Assembly (NCBI GenBank): GCA_035482415.1
Contig: DATHQT010000057.1
Coordinates: 105,944 to 169,943 of the forward strand
DNA length: 64,000 nucleotides
Reading direction: 5' to 3'
Source: Acidobacteriaceae bacterium
GTDB lineage: Bacteria; Acidobacteriota; Terriglobia; Terriglobales; Acidobacteriaceae
The notes below the pieces were generated by a model, which was not told the origin of the DNA, did no database searches, and saw only the letters and a program-made list of their open reading frames with translations. Position numbers and translations under genes: made by a program. Within the stretch, counting starts at the first letter, position 1. Every line of letters begins with the position of its first letter. Below are positions 1 to 7,475 of the stretch, in pieces.

Positions 1-900
1 GCGATTGCTGATGACGCTGCCACCATGCGCAGCAGAGGCGCTCCCACTACCCGCAGCGGGGGCGCTGCCACCACCGACCGCGGAGACGCTCTTGGGCTGC
101 CCCGGTCCAGCAGCGTCCGAATTGGATGCCGCGGCCGATTGATTCGCGGGTGGCAACGAAATCGTTCCCTTGGAGAGCATCACATCGGATACCGACAACA
201 CCGCCTTGGCCGCCGGCTGCGCGGGTGAGTTGGAGGAGGATTGCGGAACCTGAGACGGATCCAGTCCATGCACCAGGACGGGCGTAGTGGTTCCGGCGAG
301 CATTGGAATTGTCTCGACGGAGACAGGGCTCGATGCCAGCTTGATCTCTGCGACGTGCAATTCGTGGTTCGGCATGGAGAGAGAAGGACGGACGCTGGCC
401 GCGGTCTGTTGTTGAGGCGGAGGAGGAACGATCTTCTCGACAGGCAGGTCGTGTGGAGTCCACAACACGACGGTCGGAATGGGAGCTTTTATCGGGGGCA
501 GTACATTGGGGGGTATATCCGGCTCGATGAGGGTGATGGGCGCTGGAGTTCGGTAGGCCGGCGATTGCGGGAGCGCCGCTGCCGCGGGCGATTGTGGGGT
601 CGCCGCCGCAGCGGCCATCGGTTCCGATGGACGCGTTGCGTGCGTATCCGCCTGCGGGGTAGAGGGTGCAGCGCCGCCTCCGGAAGACCATTCCACTTTG
701 GGCTCATCCCTCTGCAGCTTGACGATCAAGCTTGTGTAGCGTCGCGGGACGGGTGATGGTTCGACTCTCGGGGTGTGGATGAGGGTAAAGGCTGCCAGAA
801 CCACCAAGCCGTGCATCAGCACGGAGACCATGAAGAAACCTGGTCTGGTGTGCCACTGGGTCCGAGTCGTGAAGAGCGTGTTGATCGGCGAAGATCTCAA
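1..900 (-). CDS. Partial CDS running off the left edge: membrane-anchored Pro/Ala/Ser-rich protein with a TonB-like N-terminus
   Basis: Absent from the ORF track because no stop lies inside the window. My own translation of the minus strand in the frame of nt 900 is open from an in-frame TAG (963-961) down to nt 1, about 300 codons. It reads (TTG-900)RSSPINTLFTTRTQWHTRPGFFMVSVLMHGLVVLAAFTLIHTPRVEPSPVP...TPQSPAAAALPQSPAYRTPAPITLIEPDIPPNVLPP. That is a basic N-tail, one TM helix containing S-x3-H, then a long proline-rich spacer. AGGAG lies 11 nt upstream of TTG-900; an alternative ATG is at 831. The listed ORFs 47..691(-) and 241..756(+) look like Arg-rich shadow frames. Confidence 0.45.
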   Translation of the reverse strand, partial: MRSSPINTLFTTRTQWHTRPGFFMVSVLMHGLVVLAAFTLIHTPRVEPSPVPRRYTSLIVKLQRDEPKVEWSSGGGAAPSTPQADTHATRPSEPMAAAAATPQSPAAAALPQSPAYRTPAPITLIEPDIPPNVLPPIKAPIPTVVLWTPHDLPVEKIVPPPPQQQTAASVRPSLSMPNHELHVAEIKLASSPVSVETIPMLAGTTTPVLVHGLDPSQVPQSSSNSPAQPAAKAVLSVSDVMLSKGTISLPPANQSAAASNSDAAGPGQPKSVSAVGGGSAPAAGSGSASAAHGGSVISNR

Positions 901-1159
901 TTCGGTAGTAACTCCTGCTGGTGGGCGGCGTGTTCGCGTCGATATCGACGGGAAGGGTAGCTATCGTCTGCTGTAAGTCACACCAGGATCCGGAGCAATT
1001 CTCAGGCCAACCGGCAGACTCCTAAGTCCCGCTAGACCGCGGACATGTCGTATCAGGAGTGTCTCTACGGCTACACCGGCGGGCAAAGGGGTAAACACGT
1101 GTTCACACTTGCGGCCGGACGTGCCCTCTAACCCACGCATTCGTCGACTTTCCTTCCTT

Positions 1160-1175
1160 TGGCATAGGAATTGCC
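1160..1175 (+). promoter_or_regulatory. Candidate sigma-54 (-24/-12) promoter upstream of cpaB
   Basis: TGGCAT-aggaa-TTGCC compared with consensus TGGCAC-N5-TTGCW. GG and GC have the correct 10-nt separation. It lies about 55 nt upstream of the cpaB ATG at 1231. Confidence 0.55.
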
Positions 1176-1230
1176 ACCATCTGAGCAGAACCCAGAATTT
1201 CTTACAGCCAGTTTGGAAACAGGTGCCTGA

Positions 1231-2082
1231 ATGAACCGAAGATTGACGGCTATTCTATTGACCGCTTTTGTCGTTGCGATTGCGTGCAGCTATCTTGTAT
1301 TTCGGATTGTCGGGAATCGCCTCGGCGCATCGAATCATCAGGTGACGCGCGTAGTTGCTGCGGCGAGGGACATCAAGCTCGGCAGCCTTCTAACCAGTGC
1401 CGATCTGACCACGATTGAGATTGCAGGCACACTTCCGGATGGCGCCATCGTCAAGCCATCGGATGCGATCGGCCGAGGTGTTCTCTCCGAGCTGTTCTTA
1501 GGCGAACCCATTCTGAACGGCCGACTCGCCACGCCAGGGTCCGGCGGAGGTCTCGCCGCAACGATTCCAGATGGAATGCGTGCGTGTGCGGTAAAAGTCG
1601 ATGACGTGGTCGGCGTAGCTGGATTCGTTACGCCGGGCATGCGGGTCGACGTGCTGATCTCGGGCAATCCGCCCGGGACGAGCAATACTGCGCAGGGATC
1701 TCAGGTGCGCACCCTGCTGCAGAACATACAGGTTCTGTCTGCCGGCACGGACATTCAGAAAAACGGAGAAGGGAAGCCGCAACAGGTCCAGGTGGTGAAC
1801 CTGCTGGTGACGCCACAGCAGGCAGAGGCTTTGAGCCTGGCGAGCAACCAGACAAAGATTCAGCTCGTCCTGCGGAACCCGCTGGACACCAAGGTTGCGG
1901 AGACACCAGGAACAGGCCTGGCGCGCCTGTATGGCGAGGCGAATGTACCAGTAGGGACGCCGCGGCCGGCAACGATGAATCGCAAGCCCGCCACCGCAGC
2001 GCCTCGCTTGTACCTGATCGAAGTCTTCAACGGATCGAAGCGCAGTGAAGCAAAATTTGCATCCCGCGAGGAAAACCAGTGA
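1231..2082 (+). CDS. cpaB: Flp pilus assembly protein CpaB/RcpC
   Basis: N-terminal TM anchor (LTAILLTAFVVAIACSYLVF) followed by a SAF-like segment (VVAAARDIKLGSLLTSADL). It sits directly upstream of, and overlaps by 4 nt, a Tad-type secretin gene. Confidence 0.85.
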   Translation: MNRRLTAILLTAFVVAIACSYLVFRIVGNRLGASNHQVTRVVAAARDIKLGSLLTSADLTTIEIAGTLPDGAIVKPSDAIGRGVLSELFLGEPILNGRLATPGSGGGLAATIPDGMRACAVKVDDVVGVAGFVTPGMRVDVLISGNPPGTSNTAQGSQVRTLLQNIQVLSAGTDIQKNGEGKPQQVQVVNLLVTPQQAEALSLASNQTKIQLVLRNPLDTKVAETPGTGLARLYGEANVPVGTPRPATMNRKPATAAPRLYLIEVFNGSKRSEAKFASREENQ

Positions 2083-3629
2083 ACGTTAAAACCGGAGTTG
2101 CAGTTCTGTGTTTCTATGCCATTTCTTGTGTGTCCACTCGGGGGACGGAACTTCTTGCAGAGAATGCAGATCCTTTCCAGCAGCAGCAGCAGCAGCCAGC
2201 GGAAGTCACCAGTCAAGACTCGGCCAATGATCTCGTCGTAACCGTGGGACAGTCCGTACTGGTCGATACCACGCAGCCGATTGTTCGGGTGGCGCTGGGG
2301 ATGGAGGGAATCGCCGAGGCCACCGCAACGAGTCCGACCGAAGTGATGGTGAACGGAAAGATGCCCGGCGTCACGAGCCTGATCATCTGGGAAGCTCGGG
2401 GAGGCCGTCAGTTTTTCAAGGTCAGGGTGCGCGCGAGTACATCGGTAGAGAACGATGAGGTGGCGGGCATTCAGCGGCAACTCCGGCTCGAGCTTCCGGG
2501 ACAATCCCTGAAACTCAGCGCCGAGGGCGGAACGATCTTCCTGCGTGGCACGGTGAAGGACTTGAATAGTTCACAGCGCGCCATGCAGATCGCGTCCACC
2601 GGGGGCAAAGTCGTCAACTTGTTATATGTAGACGTCCCGCCACCGCAACCGCAGATTCTTTTGAAGGTGGTCTTTGCCAGCGTCGACATGAGCAAAGTGA
2701 GACAGCTTGGCCTGAACATTTTCAGTGTGGGAGCGGCGAATACCATTGGCACCGTGACCACCGGGCAATTTCAGTCGCCCACGGTCTCCACTCCGGCCAC
2801 AGGGCCCGCCGTAGCGGCGATAGGAAGTGCGTTGAACATCGCATTGTTCCGCAGAGACCTGGGTTTGGGAGTCACCATCCAGGCCCTGGAGAATGCGGGA
2901 GTGATTCAGGTCCTTTCCGAACCCAACCTGCTGGCTGCGGACGGCAAGCAGGCCAGCTTTCTTGCGGGCGGAGAATATCCCTATCCAGTCGTGCAGGGAG
3001 TCACGGGAGGCGGCACAGGCGCGGTCACCATTCAGTTTCAGCAATTCGGCGTGCGCCTGAACTTCATTCCTACGATCACCTCTCGCAATACCATCCGTCT
3101 CCAGGTCGCGCCGGAGGTCAGTTCGCTGGACTTCGCCAACGGCGTGCAAATCTCTGGATTCACCGTGCCTTCCCTGGACGTTCGCAGGATGAACACCGAG
3201 GTCGAAATGGAACAAGGGGAGAGCTTCGCACTCGGCGGTCTGCTCGACAATCGCGAAACCCAGAATTTAGAGAAGATTCCGTTCCTCGGGGACATCCCCA
3301 TTCTCGGCAAACTCTTTCGGTCGATCTCGAAGACGACCACCAGCACGGAGCTGATCGTGATTGTGACGCCGGAGATTGTGGCTCCGATCCCCGTTGGTGT
3401 TCCTTTGCCGAAACTGCATTATCCTGAGCCGTTCCTGCCAGAGAATTCGAAGATCCCCATGACCACTCCGGGTGCGGATGTGACCGGTGCGAAACCGCTG
3501 CCGTCTTCACCGCAGGATATTCCCATCGAGACGATGATGGACAGCCTGAAGCCGGAGAAGCCATTAGTGATCACCACCGGGGCTGGAGTCTCGAGCGGTG
3601 GCGGCGGCACCGCAGGTTCGCCGCAGTGA
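2079..3629 (+). CDS. cpaC: Tad/Flp pilus secretin CpaC/RcpA (type II/III secretin family)
   Basis: Signal peptide, then a secretin C-domain: LSEPNLLAADGKQASFLAGGEYPYP, ESFALGGLLDNRETQNLEKIPFLGDIPILGKLFRS, TELIVIVTPEIV. The GTG start overlaps the cpaB stop (GTGA). Confidence 0.9.
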   Translation: MNVKTGVAVLCFYAISCVSTRGTELLAENADPFQQQQQQPAEVTSQDSANDLVVTVGQSVLVDTTQPIVRVALGMEGIAEATATSPTEVMVNGKMPGVTSLIIWEARGGRQFFKVRVRASTSVENDEVAGIQRQLRLELPGQSLKLSAEGGTIFLRGTVKDLNSSQRAMQIASTGGKVVNLLYVDVPPPQPQILLKVVFASVDMSKVRQLGLNIFSVGAANTIGTVTTGQFQSPTVSTPATGPAVAAIGSALNIALFRRDLGLGVTIQALENAGVIQVLSEPNLLAADGKQASFLAGGEYPYPVVQGVTGGGTGAVTIQFQQFGVRLNFIPTITSRNTIRLQVAPEVSSLDFANGVQISGFTVPSLDVRRMNTEVEMEQGESFALGGLLDNRETQNLEKIPFLGDIPILGKLFRSISKTTTSTELIVIVTPEIVAPIPVGVPLPKLHYPEPFLPENSKIPMTTPGADVTGAKPLPSSPQDIPIETMMDSLKPEKPLVITTGAGVSSGGGGTAGSPQ

Positions 3630-3752
3630 GTTTAGCGCAGTGGCCGCGAGGTGGGATAGTCGCCTCGGGCCTGGCACCACGTGGTTAAGAAATCTCCTGG
3701 ATGGGCGGGCTGTGGAGGCGCCATCGGGATTGCAAATGCCTAGGAGGCATAC

Positions 3753-4841
3753 ATGTCGAATTGCCGTCGTTTCGTAGCGTTTCCGCCCATCTGCATGCTG
3801 CTCTTTCTTGCTGGATGTGGCAACCCGGCGGGGCTCGACTCCGTGAGTGTGACACCGGCAACTCAGTCGGCGGCGGTTGGTCAGACTACGCAATTTACGG
3901 CAATTGGGACCTATGGCAATGCGAGCCACTCCTCGACCCAGGACGTAACGAGCACCGTGACGTGGACCTCCAGCACTCCTGCGGTGGCGACTGTGAGCGC
4001 TTCCGGCGCCGCAACTGCCGTGAGTGCGGGCTCGACTGTCATCACCGCCAACGCAATGGGTTATAACGGTCCGATCAGCTCCAGTGCAACCCTCACCGTT
4101 ACAGGATCGGCCGGTGGCGCAGGTGGAGGGAGCGGGGGAAGCATTCTTTCGCTCACCATTATTCCGAGTGGGATTGACTTCGGCAGTTTGGGCGAAAGTG
4201 GGCAATTCCTGGCCATCGGAACGTTTTCGACTGCGCCGACCGTGAGGGACCTGACCAACTCGGTCACCTGGCATTCGTCCGAACCCAATAGCTTCCCTGT
4301 GAACAACAACACAGTGGTCGGGGGGCAGGGGACAGAAAACGGTGGAGTCGTCAGCGCGTTTGGTTCCAGCAACGGCGCCACTGGCGCTACCATCACGGCC
4401 GAGGCAGCCGACAGCAATGGATCGATTGCCACCGCTACAGCGACGGTTGGTTGCCCGCTGGTTCTCCCCAACCCGCCAACTACTCCCGGTTCCTGCTATC
4501 AGTCTCCACCGTACCCGCTGCCCCTGCTGGTCACCCTGAATGTCTATAACGAGGGTTTGAATACCACGGATTGGGAAGTAACCGCTGACTCCGCGACGCA
4601 TACGCCGAACGTGCTTCATTGCGGTCCAGGCTGGGTCTTGAATAACCCGGGGGGAGCCTCTGTCTGCGCCGCGACCTATCCTTATGGATCCACCGTGACG
4701 TTGACAGCCCCTGCCAACGGAGCTGCTTTCGGGGGATGGTCAACCAATTGCACGAACACTGGGACTATCACTGCAACCGGGCCGAACACGTGCACGGTCA
4801 TCATGACGTCCGACGATACTGTGGGAGCTATCTTCAACTAA
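3753..4841 (+). CDS. Lipoprotein with bacterial Ig-like (Big_2) domains
   Basis: Lipobox LFLAGC. Big_2-like repeat: VSVTPATQSAAVGQTTQFTAIGTYGN...VTWTSSTPAVATVSASGAATAVSAGSTVITA. A second similar module follows (LTIIPSGIDFGSLGESGQFLAIGTF...VTWHSSEP). Confidence 0.7.
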   Translation: MSNCRRFVAFPPICMLLFLAGCGNPAGLDSVSVTPATQSAAVGQTTQFTAIGTYGNASHSSTQDVTSTVTWTSSTPAVATVSASGAATAVSAGSTVITANAMGYNGPISSSATLTVTGSAGGAGGGSGGSILSLTIIPSGIDFGSLGESGQFLAIGTFSTAPTVRDLTNSVTWHSSEPNSFPVNNNTVVGGQGTENGGVVSAFGSSNGATGATITAEAADSNGSIATATATVGCPLVLPNPPTTPGSCYQSPPYPLPLLVTLNVYNEGLNTTDWEVTADSATHTPNVLHCGPGWVLNNPGGASVCAATYPYGSTVTLTAPANGAAFGGWSTNCTNTGTITATGPNTCTVIMTSDDTVGAIFN

Positions 4842-4850
4842 GGGTCAGGG

Positions 4851-5273
4851 ATGAGTGTGACAAGTCAGGTGCGCGACTTCTTTATGCCGCGCCGGCGTGG
4901 AGAGCCGGATGTTCTCTGGAAGATTGTGAACCTCACGCGGCAGACGACCCTCGCTGACCGCGTGGAAGTCGCGGACACCGGTGCCAGGCGCAATAAAGGT
5001 CTCTTGGGCCGCAGTGGCCTGGAGCCGGGAGAAGGTCTATGGATCACTCCCTGTGAAGCCGTGCATACCTTCTTCATGCGGTTCTCCATCGACCTTGTCT
5101 ATGTCGACCGCGACAAGCAAGTTAAAAAAGTGCGCAGCCATGTAACACCGTGGCGGATGTCCGCATGTCTCTCCGCACACTCTGTTGTCGAGCTCGCTTC
5201 GGGTACCGTTTGCGGCACGCAGACTAGACCAGGGGATCGGCTCGAATTCTCCCGCCTCGGCTCGTGTAGCTAA
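4851..5273 (+). CDS. DUF192 (COG1430) family protein
   Basis: Pattern ADTGARRNKGLLGRSGLEPGEGLWITPCEAVHTFFMRFSIDLVYVD matches the DUF192 core (R..GL.GR...G(L/M).I.PC..(I/V)HT.(F/G)MRF.ID). Confidence 0.65.
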   Translation: MSVTSQVRDFFMPRRRGEPDVLWKIVNLTRQTTLADRVEVADTGARRNKGLLGRSGLEPGEGLWITPCEAVHTFFMRFSIDLVYVDRDKQVKKVRSHVTPWRMSACLSAHSVVELASGTVCGTQTRPGDRLEFSRLGSCS

Positions 5274-5324
5274 GGCGTCGATACGGCCGCGCTCTTGCAA
5301 GCCAACGTTATGTCCGAATCTTGA

Positions 5325-5355
5325 ACAGCATCCACGCTGGTGGATGCTGTCTTTG
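5325..5355 (+). terminator. Rho-independent-type terminator after the cpaB-cpaC-Big_2-DUF192 unit
   Basis: Perfect 10-bp stem CAGCATCCAC / GTGGATGCTG (5326-5335 / 5340-5349) plus an outer A-T pair. The loop is 4 nt (GCTG) and is followed by TCTTTGC. Confidence 0.55.
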
Positions 5356-5422
5356 CTCGCAAACTTCTTACAGATCCCTCAGAATCTCGAGTTCCGTCGG
5401 TGGAGGAGATCTTAGTGCCCGC

Positions 5423-5463
5423 GCCGCGTATACGGACGTATCTTTCAGCACGGCCGCGTATAC
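5423..5463 (+). promoter_or_regulatory. Two exact 11-bp direct repeats GCCGCGTATAC spaced 30 bp apart; candidate enhancer (UAS) for the flp sigma-54 promoter
   Basis: GCCGCGTATAC occurs at 5423-5433 and 5453-5463, each with a GTATAC palindrome. A degenerate third copy CGCGTAT is at 5493-5499. They lie about 75-115 bp upstream of the -24 element at 5539. Confidence 0.35.
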
Positions 5464-5538
5464 AGATGGTCACATTTCAAGAGATCGAAAGACGCGTATC
5501 TATTTGAATAATAAAGGGAAGTGAGTATAGATCAGGGA

Positions 5539-5554
5539 TGGCACTTCATTTGCA
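5539..5554 (+). promoter_or_regulatory. Sigma-54 (-24/-12) promoter upstream of flp-1
   Basis: TGGCAC-ttcat-TTGCA is a perfect match to TGGCAC-N5-TTGCA. It lies 64 nt upstream of the flp-1 ATG at 5618. Confidence 0.65.
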
Positions 5555-5617
5555 ATAGCTAAGGCAGGGCCAGCGCTAGCTGGAAGATGAATTAAATCAA
5601 ACGGAGGAACAAATCAA

Positions 5618-5821
5618 ATGAAGGATCTATTTTACAAAGTGTCAGGCAAGATGGAGCTGCTCAAGGCTGTGTTGCAGAACGAACAGGGCCAGGACCTGAT
5701 CGAGTATGCGCTGTTGGTTGCGTTTGTGGCCTTCGCCGCTACCGTCGGAATGCATTCACTGGCCGTATCCATCAACGGTGCATTTACCACCATCGGCACC
5801 GACCTGACTGGTTCTATCTAA
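5618..5821 (+). CDS. flp: Flp/Fap family type IVb pilin, copy 1
   Basis: 67 aa. Contains the prepilin motif G/QDLIEYALLVAFVAFAA (Flp G-XXXXEY signature) followed by a hydrophobic helix. GGAGG lies 10 nt upstream. Confidence 0.9.
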   Translation: MKDLFYKVSGKMELLKAVLQNEQGQDLIEYALLVAFVAFAATVGMHSLAVSINGAFTTIGTDLTGSI

Positions 5822-6066
5822 GCGAGGTCAGTGCCGCAAGACAACCCTGACGCCCTTTGGAAGGCGCTTGAGCTCGAAGCTGGTGTGCTCTGGCGCTCTT
5901 CTCTTTAGGAGTCCGCGGTCACGCGCGGTGTAAACCTTCGCAGAGTTTCGTTATTACGCGCGCGATCGCATCGTTAGGGCCAGGAAAAGCTCTATCTGTA
6001 CCTTGAAGTCCAGCGGGCTACCGCCATGGCTGGAACTTATCTTGATGAAAGGGAGGAATACGTCGC

Positions 6067-6270
6067 ATGAACGATCTACTTTTCAAATTGTCTTTCAAGA
6101 TGTATCTGCTCAAGGATGCGCTACAGAACGAAGAGGGCCAGGATCTAATCGAGTACGCGCTGTTGGTTGCGTTTGTCGCCTTCGCGGCTACCGCGGGGAT
6201 GACTGCGCTGGCCACAAGCATCAACGGCGCTTTTACCACCATCGGCACCGACCTGACCGGGGCCATCTAG
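6067..6270 (+). CDS. flp: Flp/Fap family type IVb pilin, copy 2 (tandem paralog)
   Basis: 67 aa and near-identical to copy 1 (NEEGQDLIEYALLVAFVAFAATAGM...INGAFTTIGTDLTGAI). GGGAGGA RBS at 6051-6057. Confidence 0.9.
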   Translation: MNDLLFKLSFKMYLLKDALQNEEGQDLIEYALLVAFVAFAATAGMTALATSINGAFTTIGTDLTGAI

Positions 6271-6380
6271 GTGAGGTCTGTGCAACAACATAACGCTGTC
6301 GTCATGGAAGAGCTGCCGGGACAAAACCAGGTCACCGGCGTGCTCTCCCTTGTACTTCAATAAAGTTTGGGGATCCATCG

Positions 6381-7442
6381 ATGCTCCTTTCCATTGTTAT
6401 TCCGGTTTTGAACGAGGTCCAGACGATACCACTGTTGCTGGAGCGTCTCCGTGACACACTCCGCGCCGTGGTGTGGGAGGTCATCTTCGTGGACGATGGC
6501 AGCACGGACGCAACGCCGAGCGTGCTGGCATACGAGGCCCTGAGAGATGACCGGGTCAAGGTGATCCGGTTCACCCGGAACTTCGGCCATCAGGCTGCAG
6601 TCACGGCCGGATTGGATTTTGCGAACGGAGACGCAGTGGTGGTGATGGATGCGGATCTCCAGGACCCTCCAGAGCTGTTGCCACGCATGCTGGACTTGTT
6701 TGAGCTGGGCTACGACATCGTGTCTCCCCAGCGCAGCTCCCGCGAGGGAGAGACCGCGTTCAAGCGTTGCACAGCGAAGATCTTCTATCGCGCTCTGTCG
6801 CGTGTTGCCGACCAGCCGATGACGCCGGACGTTGGAGATTTTCGCCTCTACAGCCACAGGGCTGTTCTGGCCATCCGCTCGTTGCGAGAGCAACACCGGT
6901 ATATGCGCGGCATGGTTGCATGGCTCGGGTTGAAAGAAGCGATGCTTCCGTTTGAGCGGAAAGCACGGGCTGCCGGTGAGACCCACTACCCATTGCTCAA
7001 GATGCTGCGATTCGCCTGGACCGGTGTCACCTCTTTCTCGGCGTTTCCCCTGCGCATCAGCATTGCGGCTGGCTGTGTACTCAGTGTTGCCGGTTTTCTC
7101 TATTTCCTGCGCGTGACGTATCTGGCCTTCTACACCACAACACTTGTGCCTGGATGGGCCTCGGTCGTCGCGCTGCAATGCATCTTCTCCGGGATGATCC
7201 TGTTGGCGCTTGGCGCCATTGGCGATTATGTCGCTAGAAACTATGAAGAAGCGAAAGAACGTCCGCTGTATGTTGTGACCGAAGTACGGAACGTCCTGGT
7301 AACAGGAAAAGCACAGCCGCGTGCCGTCATCCTGGCCGATGCTGCGCTTCCGTCAGGCCCGTTCGTTGTGGATACAGAGCGCGTCGCTCCCGCATCCACT
7401 ATGACACCCTCGTATCAACCGCTCGCTGGCGTGCGCGCATAG
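6381..7442 (+). CDS. GT2 polyprenyl-phosphate glycosyltransferase (GtrB/ArnC/DPM1-like)
   Basis: LSIVIPVLNE...VIFVDDGSTDAT...VVMDADLQDPPELL, plus two C-terminal TM helices (FPLRISIAAGCVLSVAGFLYF; ASVVALQCIFSGMILLALGAIG). This is the typical architecture of the GtrB/ArnC group. Confidence 0.85.
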   Translation: MLLSIVIPVLNEVQTIPLLLERLRDTLRAVVWEVIFVDDGSTDATPSVLAYEALRDDRVKVIRFTRNFGHQAAVTAGLDFANGDAVVVMDADLQDPPELLPRMLDLFELGYDIVSPQRSSREGETAFKRCTAKIFYRALSRVADQPMTPDVGDFRLYSHRAVLAIRSLREQHRYMRGMVAWLGLKEAMLPFERKARAAGETHYPLLKMLRFAWTGVTSFSAFPLRISIAAGCVLSVAGFLYFLRVTYLAFYTTTLVPGWASVVALQCIFSGMILLALGAIGDYVARNYEEAKERPLYVVTEVRNVLVTGKAQPRAVILADAALPSGPFVVDTERVAPASTMTPSYQPLAGVRA

Positions 7443-7475
7443 CGGATTCGTTGCACGTCATCAGGATGGAAGCCT

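Noticed and set aside
47-756. Track ORFs 47..691(-), 489..707(-) and 241..756(+)
   Set aside because: They have Arg-rich nonsense composition. The third minus frame, open to the window edge, gives a coherent TM + proline-rich protein and is preferred.
3672-3685. TGGCAC followed by the 10-bp palindrome ACCACGTGGT upstream of the Big_2 gene, together with AACACGTGTT at 1094-1103 upstream of cpaB, as possible shared operators
   Set aside because: TGGCAC has no -12 TTGC partner at the right distance. The CACGTG core occurs many times inside coding regions of this window (e.g. near 4790, 15330, 20735, 40650, 41630, 52735 and 52860). I cannot claim enrichment without a statistical test.
6031-6046. 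Sigma-54-like TGGAAC-N5-TTGAT upstream of flp-2
   Set aside because: It lacks the essential -12 GC. It also lies only 20 nt before the ATG, so the transcript would exclude the GGGAGGA RBS.
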